From IMG/VR virus record IMGVR_UViG_3300019752_000004, positions 1 through 64,000 of that record: DNA of 64,000 bases; one strand, given 5' to 3'. The position numbers and the translations under genes were made by a program. Below, piece after piece: positions 19,415 to 28,035 of the stretch; position 1 is the first letter of the stretch; each line of letters begins with the position of its first letter. Source of the DNA: a virus. The notes under the pieces are model-generated. The model made no database searches. It had not been told where the DNA came from and worked only from the letters and a program-made list of their open reading frames with translations.

Positions 19415-20710
19415 ATGAGAATTAAAGAATTTGTAGACACTGAATTAAAATCATATTCGGTGTGTGATAATAAGAGGTCAATTCCTGAACTCATGGATGG
19501 GTTAAAAACCACACAACGTAGATTGGTCTACTGTATGATGAAACACCCCAAACGCGCAAAGGTGAGTGTAATTGGACCTAAAGCAAGCCAGATGACAAAC
19601 TATCCACATGGTGAGACATCTATCATGGGTGCAGCTGTTAATATGGCACAAGATTTTGTTGGATCAAACAATCTTCCACTTTTGAATGGTATTGGTATGT
19701 TTGGCACGATTCTTGACAAGGAAAGTAGTTCATTTAGATACATTCATGCCGAATTGAACACAAAAAACTCTAAGATTTTCAATCCAAATGATGACATTGT
19801 ACTACAATACAAAGAAAAGGAAGGTCATCAGATTGAACCCAAAACATATTATCCTATGTTTCCACTTGCATTTGTAAATGGGTGTAAGGGTATCGGTAAT
19901 GGATATTCTATCAATCTGTTACCACATGACATCAAGGATTTGAAAAAATGTGCAAGGGAATATGTTAGAACTGGTTATATCAAAACTAAACTTGTACCTC
20001 ATTTTAATGGATACAAAGGAAAGGTTGAACGTGATGGGGAACAGATTATTATCACGGGAGTAATTGAAAAAGTAAATTCGACCACACTCAGAATCACTGA
20101 ACTTCCACCTAAACACGAAATCAGCAAATATAAAAAACTGTTGTTCAAACTAGTAGATGACAAATTCATCAAAGGTTTTAAAAATAATTCTACCAAAGAT
20201 GGGTGGAATATTGAAATTAAAGCCACTAGAGAAACCGTCAAACTAGATGAAAGTGTTCTGTTAGATAAGTTTAAAATGATTGATAGAATGACACAGACCG
20301 TTGTGTTCTGGAATGAAGGTGTTCTTACACAGTTTAAAACGCCAGAACATGCCCTAGAAACGTTTTTTAAGCATCGTCTGGATATCTACCATTCCAGAAA
20401 CAAGAAAATGATTTCTAGGCTTAAATCAGAGCTTAATATGATGTGTCATAAAATTAACTTCATCAATCTGTGGAATGAAGAATCTGTGACAATGCGTAAA
20501 TTTGATAAACAGTCTTTAATTCGATACGTGACTGATGAAATAGATTGTAGTTTTGAAGAAGCTGAGCCACTTATCAAAATGCCTGTATATAATCTTACTG
20601 AATCCGAGATTGATAAATGTAGGGGTAAAATGCGAGAATGTGAAAACAATATTCAGGAACTGCTTGATCAGGATGTAAATAAACAATATTTGAAAGAAAT
20701 TAATTTCTAA
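19415..20710 (+). CDS. gp52: DNA topoisomerase II medium subunit (T4 gp52-like)
   Basis: RSIPELMDGLK, YPHGETS, catalytic SFRYI, GIGNGY, ITELP. Confidence 0.93.
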   Translation: MRIKEFVDTELKSYSVCDNKRSIPELMDGLKTTQRRLVYCMMKHPKRAKVSVIGPKASQMTNYPHGETSIMGAAVNMAQDFVGSNNLPLLNGIGMFGTILDKESSSFRYIHAELNTKNSKIFNPNDDIVLQYKEKEGHQIEPKTYYPMFPLAFVNGCKGIGNGYSINLLPHDIKDLKKCAREYVRTGYIKTKLVPHFNGYKGKVERDGEQIIITGVIEKVNSTTLRITELPPKHEISKYKKLLFKLVDDKFIKGFKNNSTKDGWNIEIKATRETVKLDESVLLDKFKMIDRMTQTVVFWNEGVLTQFKTPEHALETFFKHRLDIYHSRNKKMISRLKSELNMMCHKINFINLWNEESVTMRKFDKQSLIRYVTDEIDCSFEEAEPLIKMPVYNLTESEIDKCRGKMRECENNIQELLDQDVNKQYLKEINF

Positions 20711-20714
20711 TAAA

Positions 20715-20749
20715 ATGGGTTTGGTGTGGAAATACCAAACCCATAAATA
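20715..20749 (+). promoter_or_regulatory. hairpin plus late promoter CATAAATA
   Basis: ATGGGTTTGGT...ACCAAACCCAT stem overlapping CATAAATA at 20742-20749. Confidence 0.65.
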
Positions 20750-20777
20750 TGTTTATAACATAATAAAGGTAGTAAAT

Positions 20778-21920
20778 ATGAAAATAAATTTAACAGAAGC
20801 TTTCGATTCGACTCCGTATGACACCCAAATGGTTAAACGTGCTGGTGGGTATCACTATATTTTTGAAGATGAAGAGGGCAAAGGTTGGCGTGTATCATTC
20901 AACCCGCCATCTAAATTTGGCAAGAAAGTCCGTATTGTCACAATCGGAAAGCGTATCGGTAAAGGTAAATCATACGATGAACGTAATCTGAAAAGGTTCA
21001 AGAAGCCACAGAAAATTATTGCAACATTTCTGGCGGCATATAGACAATTTATTAAATCCCCTGTAGGTAAAGGTACTTTAGGATACGCTGTAAAATTCCC
21101 TAAAGGTGTGTTTGGTCGCGCTGAACGCATTTTAAAGAAAATCATTAACAGGAAGTTTAGGCAGTTCCTAACAATTGTTGATACAGATTATACTCCACAG
21201 GAAAAGTATAGTTTCATTTGGATCGTAAAGAAAGGTCAGAATCCAGAAAAGGTGTTTAGTGGACCAGCACTTGCAAGTGAAGTATTTGGTGTGTCAGATG
21301 AACCTGAATCAGTTGATGATGATATGAATGTTGATGATGCTGGTGTGAGTGTAATTGCGTTGTCTGGATTCCGTGGAACAAATGGTGAACGATATATTGT
21401 TATCGCTGATGATACAATCACAGATAGTATCAATGCCATCAATATTGAAACGGGTGAAGTTGAAACGACAGATGTAAATAGAACTATTAATCTTACACAA
21501 GAAGATTATATCAGTGCACTAGATGAAATCGAATCTGAATATGGCGACACTGCTATTAAAGATATTGCAGATGATTCTGGATATGGATATGATAAAGCGT
21601 CTAAATTTATGAGTGAACTTCTGAATAAAGCTGGATATGAGGATGAAGATATTGTAGATGAACCAGAAGATGATGCGGACGTTCCAGAGCCTGTCGATGA
21701 ACCAGAACCCGAAACCGAGCCTGAAATTGATGTAGTTGATATTATTAATCAACTAAATGATTTACTTTCAGGTGAATATGACGATGATCCAGAACAATTC
21801 GAAGATGCGTTTGAAACTGCATTAGACGCAATTGAACAAAGTGGTTTAATTGATGAATATAATGATTTGTTAATGCGAGTAAGTGATTATTATACACAAT
21901 TGTTAAGGGCATTGGTGTAA
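20778..21920 (+). CDS. putative head-packaged protein: Alt-like N-terminal domain plus acidic DarA-like C-terminus
   Basis: MKINLTEAFD has an L-x-E prohead-protease-type site. The basic N-domain resembles T4 Alt/ViI-like internal proteins and the C-terminal helices resemble the P1 DarA tail (both from memory). Late promoter upstream. Confidence 0.55.
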   Translation: MKINLTEAFDSTPYDTQMVKRAGGYHYIFEDEEGKGWRVSFNPPSKFGKKVRIVTIGKRIGKGKSYDERNLKRFKKPQKIIATFLAAYRQFIKSPVGKGTLGYAVKFPKGVFGRAERILKKIINRKFRQFLTIVDTDYTPQEKYSFIWIVKKGQNPEKVFSGPALASEVFGVSDEPESVDDDMNVDDAGVSVIALSGFRGTNGERYIVIADDTITDSINAINIETGEVETTDVNRTINLTQEDYISALDEIESEYGDTAIKDIADDSGYGYDKASKFMSELLNKAGYEDEDIVDEPEDDADVPEPVDEPEPETEPEIDVVDIINQLNDLLSGEYDDDPEQFEDAFETALDAIEQSGLIDEYNDLLMRVSDYYTQLLRALV

Positions 21921-21921
21921 C

Positions 21922-23925
21922 ATGACTGTACGGGAAAAATTAGAATATCAGAAAAAGATTAGACTCGCATTAGCTGATATACCAGATGCACCGATTAGAG
22001 TTAAAATGAACCTTCTGAAATCGCTTAGACAGTGGTTTCAGAAGCTAAAGGTTAAAACAGAAGCACCTGAACCAGAAAAACAATTGATGACTCAGGCGGA
22101 TATCAATATCCGCCGTAAACGTAGAGAATATGTAGATGTTGGCGAAAAAATTGGTGGTGCTAAGAAAGATTTATGGTCAACTAAATCAGATAGAGGTTTA
22201 GATGTATCTGATTATGAAAATATGGATTCTGGCGCAGCACATAAACTGGTCACTAAGACAAACGTGTTTAAAGGTGTACTTGATGAGTTCATTGATGAAA
22301 ATGGCATGGATGCACAATCCGCATTCGTTTTCAACAAAGTTATGGGTTCGATACAAACAAAACCGAATGACAGCGATCAGGATAGAAAGAATTATGTAAT
22401 TGCATGTGATAAACTAAAAGAATATTTCCGTGGTGCAACCAATATAGATGAATTTTATGAAGTGTATAAACAGATTCGTATGGAGGTACGAGGATATCAT
22501 TTGACTGCTGATGAACTTCCATATAAAGAATTTATGGATAAATGGCGTAAAGAATATTTTGATGCAGTTGATAAATTAACAAAAGAAAATGAAAAAGGAG
22601 GTATGACATACTATAGTGCTTCGGGGGATGCTAGAAGAAAAGCAATGGAAAAATATAAAAATGACCCAAAATATATAGAAGCTAAAAAGATTCTTGATGA
22701 TGCCTATGATAGAGAAGTTAATGATCCAAATTCAGTCGCCAATCAGTATCAATCTCTTGGAAAAAGATTTAATAATCTTATACTGGGTCGATCAAATGCG
22801 TTTAATAAAAATTTTGAGGCATCACAGTATTTGGAAAAGGATGATTTTTCATGGCGTGAAAAGAAAAAACGTAGTGCAGATTCAAAGAAAAATAAAGAAA
22901 AATGGAAACGAATCGTACCAGAATCCGTAGAACGTTCTGGTGGACGCAATTTTGATTTTAAACCAGATGATATTTTGAATGAATTTAAAATTAGAGGTCT
23001 GGAATACGGAAACTACGTTGACGAAGAGAGTGCTAAACACCACACTCAGATGATGGGGTTAGGGTTTGTTGATATGGCGGATGCACTTGATATACCATTT
23101 GAACAGATTTCATATGGCGGAAAACTTGGCATGGCTATCGGTGCACGTGGTTCTGGAAATGCACTTGCTCATTATGAACCTGCTAAGAAAGTTATTAATA
23201 TGACTAAACTCAAAGGTGGTGGCAGTCTAGCTCACGAATGGGGACATTATCTAGACAATATGATAACAAACGTTCTGACTGATGGTGAAAATTCATTTTC
23301 ATTCATGACTCAAAGTGACGTTGATGGTATAGCAGCTAGTAGTAAAAAAACTGGTGCAAAGGAGATAGCATCAATTTATAAACGCATCCTTAAAAATATG
23401 AAAAGTGGTGACAAAGGTAGAAAATCATCTTCTGTATCAGCAGATGACGGAACTAGAACATATAGATGGCCTTTCTACGGTGAACCAGATGAAATTCAAG
23501 ACGCACAGGCTCTGATGGACAGGGTTGCGGGGCAAACTAAAAGACGTGGAAATAAAAGAGTACCAGCATTTAAAGATGCAGTTTTACAACGTGCAGCAGA
23601 CTATATTGAACATAAAACAGGTCAAACTGTTTACTGGGGTGAAGGTAAATCACAATTTCAGATTGATTCAGAAAATGCTGGCACGGGGAAGAAGAGTAAG
23701 TACTGGACTTCCGATGTTGAGATGTTCGCACGTATGTTTGAAGCTGTGATTCAAAATAAACTCACAAAAAAGGGAATTAAAAACACATATCTAGTGACAG
23801 ATGTTAAAAGAATCCAAGGACCTTATCCACGGGGCGAAGAACTTGAATATCTTGAAACAGAAGTTGATAATCTGTTTGCAGTTCTAAAAAGAAACAATCT
23901 TTTAGAACAATTTTCAAAATATTAA
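21922..23925 (+). CDS. large-polyvalent-protein-associated (LPD5/LPD1-like) protein with HExxH motif
   Basis: DVGEKIGGAKKDLW, RGLEYGNYV, AIGARGSG.ALAHYEP, SLAHEWGH, YW...EMFARMFE, YPRGEE. Confidence 0.8.
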   Translation: MTVREKLEYQKKIRLALADIPDAPIRVKMNLLKSLRQWFQKLKVKTEAPEPEKQLMTQADINIRRKRREYVDVGEKIGGAKKDLWSTKSDRGLDVSDYENMDSGAAHKLVTKTNVFKGVLDEFIDENGMDAQSAFVFNKVMGSIQTKPNDSDQDRKNYVIACDKLKEYFRGATNIDEFYEVYKQIRMEVRGYHLTADELPYKEFMDKWRKEYFDAVDKLTKENEKGGMTYYSASGDARRKAMEKYKNDPKYIEAKKILDDAYDREVNDPNSVANQYQSLGKRFNNLILGRSNAFNKNFEASQYLEKDDFSWREKKKRSADSKKNKEKWKRIVPESVERSGGRNFDFKPDDILNEFKIRGLEYGNYVDEESAKHHTQMMGLGFVDMADALDIPFEQISYGGKLGMAIGARGSGNALAHYEPAKKVINMTKLKGGGSLAHEWGHYLDNMITNVLTDGENSFSFMTQSDVDGIAASSKKTGAKEIASIYKRILKNMKSGDKGRKSSSVSADDGTRTYRWPFYGEPDEIQDAQALMDRVAGQTKRRGNKRVPAFKDAVLQRAADYIEHKTGQTVYWGEGKSQFQIDSENAGTGKKSKYWTSDVEMFARMFEAVIQNKLTKKGIKNTYLVTDVKRIQGPYPRGEELEYLETEVDNLFAVLKRNNLLEQFSKY

Positions 23926-23930
23926 TAAAA

Positions 23931-24012
23931 GTTGTTGACAACTAAAACTAAGGTGTGTATTCCTGTATTTGTGAGCAGGTGATACACACCTTTTTTAATT
24001 TTTAAAATGGAG
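23931..24012 (+). repeat. Repeat family A copy
   Basis: GTTGTTGACAACTAAAACTAAGGTGTGTATTCCTGTATTTGTGAGCAGGTGATACACACCTTTT...AAAATGGAG. Confidence 0.92.
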
Positions 24013-24018
24013 AACACA

Positions 24019-24255
24019 ATGATCGATTACAGAACAAAGATTAAAATTATTCAGCAGGGCATGGTATTGAATCAACTTAAATTTGAAATCAACCCGTACA
24101 TCGATGACGATTATGCTATCACACTCACAACAGATTTGACTGAAATGGATGATGAAACTTTCAATGCACATGTCGATAATATGTCAACTGATACTATATC
24201 ATACGTGAAATTAGGATTGTTTCTCAGTGCACATTATATACTGAATGTGATGTAA
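24019..24255 (+). CDS. hypothetical early protein
   Basis: ATG after the GGAG of the repeat. Confidence 0.7.
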   Translation: MIDYRTKIKIIQQGMVLNQLKFEINPYIDDDYAITLTTDLTEMDDETFNAHVDNMSTDTISYVKLGLFLSAHYILNVM

Positions 24256-24272
24256 TACGTAATTTTAAATGT

Positions 24273-24626
24273 ATGGAGACCAAAATGTCTAGAGATTATG
24301 ATTCATTTGTAGTTGTTTACACAAATTCCCTTGGTGAAAATGAACTTTATATCATTGATGGTAAAAAGGTTGATGACGAAACTGCTAAAATCATCTATGA
24401 ATCATGCAATGCATATATCAATGATGTGAACACTATTGATGACAGTGCTGCATTGAAATTCTATGCTATGGTTGATACTAATACCGATGTTGAATTTTGT
24501 GAAGAAAATTCAATTGATCCAACACTCATTGGAAAATTTGCAGATTGTAAACGCAATACCAATATAAACCAGTCTGTATTGTGCAAGGAAGAAGTGAATA
24601 TCATCTTTACTGGATGGCGAATGTAA
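24273..24626 (+). CDS. hypothetical early protein
   Basis: ORF track; GGAG RBS suggests the start is at MSRD. Confidence 0.65.
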   Translation: METKMSRDYDSFVVVYTNSLGENELYIIDGKKVDDETAKIIYESCNAYINDVNTIDDSAALKFYAMVDTNTDVEFCEENSIDPTLIGKFADCKRNTNINQSVLCKEEVNIIFTGWRM

Positions 24627-24647
24627 CTGGACAACATAAAAATTTAT

Positions 24648-24688
24648 AAACCACAGTGCTTGACTGCACTGTGGTTTTCTGTTATGGT
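24648..24688 (+). promoter_or_regulatory. terminator hairpin whose loop is the -35 box of the RNase H/gp55 promoter
   Basis: AAACCACAGTGC-TTGACT-GCACTGTGGTTT, with TATGGT 17 nt after TTGACT. Confidence 0.6.
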
Positions 24689-24710
24689 ATTTCAAACAAA
24701 GGAGAATTCG

Positions 24711-25187
24711 ATGATTGAAATTTATACCGATGGTAGTGGGAACAACACCACAGACAGAAGAGGCGGTTGGGCATACGTAATCTTACATGAACATCATAAA
24801 TTCATTAGATATGGTCATATACCACCACCAACAACTAACAACATTGCTGAGATGATGGCGGCGTTCAACGCTATGAAAGCATGTTCCAAAATTAAGGATA
24901 AGAAGATTAGAATTTATTCTGATTCTAATTATTGTGTACAGGGGTTAAAAACGTGGTCTGATAACTGGATCAAGAATAATTGGATGGGTTCAAACGGTCC
25001 TGTTAAAAACTGTGGACTTTGGAAACAGATGAAACCACTGTATGACTCATTTGATGATCTAGAAATATTTCATGTGAAAGGTCATGCTGGTAACAAGTAC
25101 AATGAACTTGCAGATGAGTACGCTGGCAATGGCACGAACGAAAAAATTGTAGAATCCCATGCAGGGTATGATGTGGCATACATATGA
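24711..25187 (+). CDS. rnhA: ribonuclease HI
   Basis: IYTDGS, TTNNIAE, YSDSNY, HVKGHAGNKYNELAD. Confidence 0.93.
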   Translation: MIEIYTDGSGNNTTDRRGGWAYVILHEHHKFIRYGHIPPPTTNNIAEMMAAFNAMKACSKIKDKKIRIYSDSNYCVQGLKTWSDNWIKNNWMGSNGPVKNCGLWKQMKPLYDSFDDLEIFHVKGHAGNKYNELADEYAGNGTNEKIVESHAGYDVAYI

Positions 25188-25822
25188 AAATAGACAAATC
25201 CAAGATATCTAAATTAAACTTCGAAAAGAAAAAGAGAGTTGCGCAACCCCAACCAAAATTGAATCAGTATGTTGATAATGCACTGTTGTCATCAGAGCTT
25301 GAAAAATGGTTGGACGATAGGAAAAAATGTATTGAAAATGGGGATGACACACCACAGATGCCTGAATATGTAGGCAAGTGTATCATCCAGATTGCAAACA
25401 ACCTGAGCAAGAAAGGCAATTTCCGAGGATATACATATGCTGATGAAATGGTGAGTGACGGAATCCTGACTGTATGTAAATACATTCACAATTTTGATCC
25501 TCATGCCGTAACTAAATCTGGCAAAGCAAATGCATTTTCATACATCACAATGATTCTGTACAATGCATTTAAACAGCGCATCAACACTGAAAAGCGTCAA
25601 AATTATAACAAACAAAAGGCATTCCAGATGTGTGGTGGATTTTCTTCTATTGACGGGGAAGATTATTCTGTGGTAACACAACAATTAGAGTGTGCAGGTG
25701 TTGGTAAAGATTATCTTGATAGTATTAATGCATATGAAGAAGCACATAGACTTAAAAGAGAATCAAAACGTGTAAAGGTTGAAAAAAACTCTAAAGTAGG
25801 ATTGTTCAAGGATTTAAAATGA
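25184..25822 (+). CDS. gp55: late-transcription sigma factor (T4 gp55-like)
   Basis: YVDN, NFRGYTYADEMVSDG, NFDP, NAFSYIT..YNAF.QRI..EK. Confidence 0.93.
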   Translation: MKIDKSKISKLNFEKKKRVAQPQPKLNQYVDNALLSSELEKWLDDRKKCIENGDDTPQMPEYVGKCIIQIANNLSKKGNFRGYTYADEMVSDGILTVCKYIHNFDPHAVTKSGKANAFSYITMILYNAFKQRINTEKRQNYNKQKAFQMCGGFSSIDGEDYSVVTQQLECAGVGKDYLDSINAYEEAHRLKRESKRVKVEKNSKVGLFKDLK

Positions 25823-26061
25823 AAAAATTAGTATTCGCTATTTTGTTGACTATGGTATGTACGTGTGCACATGCACAAGATTATGGTGTGTCATTCACAC
25901 TAAAAGACATTGCTAATGACAAGGTGTTATATTGTAAACAAGATCATATGTTTGTAATGGATAGTCGGGAACTTGGTAAAATGGATGTGACCTATCTTGA
26001 AGCAGATGACAACAGCACAGTCCATGATTGCCTTACACTCTTTAAATGGATTGAAGAATAA
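25819..26061 (+). CDS. hypothetical secreted protein
   Basis: Signal peptide MKKLVFAILLTMVCTCAHA. Confidence 0.65.
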   Translation: MKKLVFAILLTMVCTCAHAQDYGVSFTLKDIANDKVLYCKQDHMFVMDSRELGKMDVTYLEADDNSTVHDCLTLFKWIEE

Positions 26062-26960
26062 TGAGAAACTATATTCATGATGCGGTTGTTCGTGGGCTTA
26101 AAGATACTAAAGGACATCCATTGAATCCACCGTATGTGGCTGAACATGAAACTGTGTATCAGGTTTTGACTGGATCAACTGCATACGGAGTGTCTTCTGA
26201 TACATCTGATATGGATATCATTTCAATTTCCATGCCAGTGATTGAAGATATTATTCAGACACCAATTTTAGGATTTGACAGTACGCCAACATACTTTAAG
26301 ACTTGGCAACATCATCACATTCAAGACCCTGACAAACGAAAAGAATATGATTTCTCTGTTTACGGTCTTCCATTCTTTTTCAAACTTGCTAGTGAATGTA
26401 ATCCTAATATCATTGATTGTCTTTTTGTGCCTGATGAATATGTATTATATCATGATAAAATCGGTGAGATGATCCGTGCCAACAGACATCTGTTCTTATC
26501 AAAAGCTGCATACCCTAAATTCATTGGTTATAGCTGTAGTCAATATAAGAAATTGAAGAACGGAATGAAGAATGGACGAAAATCAGAATCAAGACAATCT
26601 GACATCAATGAACATGGATATGATTTAAAATTTGCATATCACACAGCAAGATTGTTAGAAGAAGGCATTCAGATTTTAAATGAAGGTGATCTCGATTTAC
26701 AGAAATCAAGAAAACTGTTAAAGTCTATTCGTAATGGTGACTGGGAATTCAAAGATTTTGATGAATATTACAACACTACCAAGAGTAGAATTAGTAAGGC
26801 TGTTGAAAATTCTGATTTGCCTGAGAAACCTAGAATGGGTAGAATTAGAAATCTACTGGTCGAATGTATCGAACACAGACACGGTGATATGAATACTGAA
26901 ACCAGTGCAGAAATATATAAAGAAAAATTAAAACAGATTTCATTAATTGTGAATAAATAA
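26061..26960 (+). CDS. RlaP/YcgL-like (DNA pol-beta fold) nucleotidyltransferase
   Basis: GSTAYG...SDMD, NPNIIDCLF, GYDLKFAYH..RLL, L.SIRNG. Confidence 0.85.
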   Translation: MRNYIHDAVVRGLKDTKGHPLNPPYVAEHETVYQVLTGSTAYGVSSDTSDMDIISISMPVIEDIIQTPILGFDSTPTYFKTWQHHHIQDPDKRKEYDFSVYGLPFFFKLASECNPNIIDCLFVPDEYVLYHDKIGEMIRANRHLFLSKAAYPKFIGYSCSQYKKLKNGMKNGRKSESRQSDINEHGYDLKFAYHTARLLEEGIQILNEGDLDLQKSRKLLKSIRNGDWEFKDFDEYYNTTKSRISKAVENSDLPEKPRMGRIRNLLVECIEHRHGDMNTETSAEIYKEKLKQISLIVNK

Positions 26961-26973
26961 AAGGAATTTAATT

Positions 26974-28035
26974 TTGAGAATCTTAATTTTAGGGGATAAA
27001 CATATTGGATGTAGAGGTGGTAATAAAAGTTTTCTCACATTCGTGTATGAATATCTCAAACATATTGTAGAAGTTATTAGACATAATGATATTGATAGAG
27101 TCATTGTGTTAGGTGATATCATGGACAGAAGAAAATCAACAGATAACTTTGTGATTCATTTTGTAGTTCAGATTATCTCTAAGCTCATTGAATCGACTGG
27201 GGTTCGCTGGGATATCATTGTAGGTAACCATGACACGTATTATAAGAATAGAATTGATATCAATACGCCAGTGAATTTAATTCATGCTAATAACGTGCAT
27301 GTATATGATAAAATGTTTGAGGCAGAGGGATTAGTTTATATTCCTTGGTTGTGTGAATCTAATCTTGATTCATTGAATCGTATGGATGTAGATGGTAAAT
27401 ACGTTTTTGGTCATTTCGAATTTGCTGATTTCGCCATGTATCGTGGCACAATATCAAAGAGTGGATTGGAACCAAATCTATTTAAATATGCTAAACGTGT
27501 TTTCAGTGGTCACTATCATACCAGAAGTGAAAAAGGTAACATCACGTATGTTGGATCACCTTACTGGTTGACATGGCAGGATTATGGAGATGCTAGAGGA
27601 TATCATATTCTAGACACAGAAACAGGTGAATGTGATTTCACTAGGACCTCTGATATGTTCAACATGTTTGAATGTCTCGTATACAATTCTGATGATGCTG
27701 AGTTCATGAAAAATGCTGATGATCCTGAATGGATCGAAAACAGACTTAAAGATAAAATCTGTAAAATCGTTGTGGAAAAGCGTGATAGACCACGTAAATT
27801 TAAACAGTTTGCCCAGCTAGCAAAGAACGTTCAAGTCATTGATTTGATTTTTATCGATAAAACTGTTACAGATACAACTACATCTGAATTGTCTGAGGAA
27901 GAACTTAACACAGATACCATTTCAGTGTTTGGAAACTATCTTGATGAAACAGATGGTTATGATGAAACAGATAAGGCCCATATTATGAATAACATCAACG
28001 TATACTACAAAAAGGCTAGTGAAATCGATGTCTAA
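26974..28035 (+). CDS. gp47: recombination endonuclease subunit (T4 gp47, Mre11-like)
   Basis: GDKHIG, LGDIMD, GNHD, GHFE, SGHYH. Confidence 0.93.
   Translation: MRILILGDKHIGCRGGNKSFLTFVYEYLKHIVEVIRHNDIDRVIVLGDIMDRRKSTDNFVIHFVVQIISKLIESTGVRWDIIVGNHDTYYKNRIDINTPVNLIHANNVHVYDKMFEAEGLVYIPWLCESNLDSLNRMDVDGKYVFGHFEFADFAMYRGTISKSGLEPNLFKYAKRVFSGHYHTRSEKGNITYVGSPYWLTWQDYGDARGYHILDTETGECDFTRTSDMFNMFECLVYNSDDAEFMKNADDPEWIENRLKDKICKIVVEKRDRPRKFKQFAQLAKNVQVIDLIFIDKTVTDTTTSELSEEELNTDTISVFGNYLDETDGYDETDKAHIMNNINVYYKKASEIDV

Noticed and set aside
20778-21920. Alt ADP-ribosyltransferase
   Set aside because: Only the N-terminal region resembles Alt-like proteins; no R-S-E catalytic motifs were seen and the protein is too short
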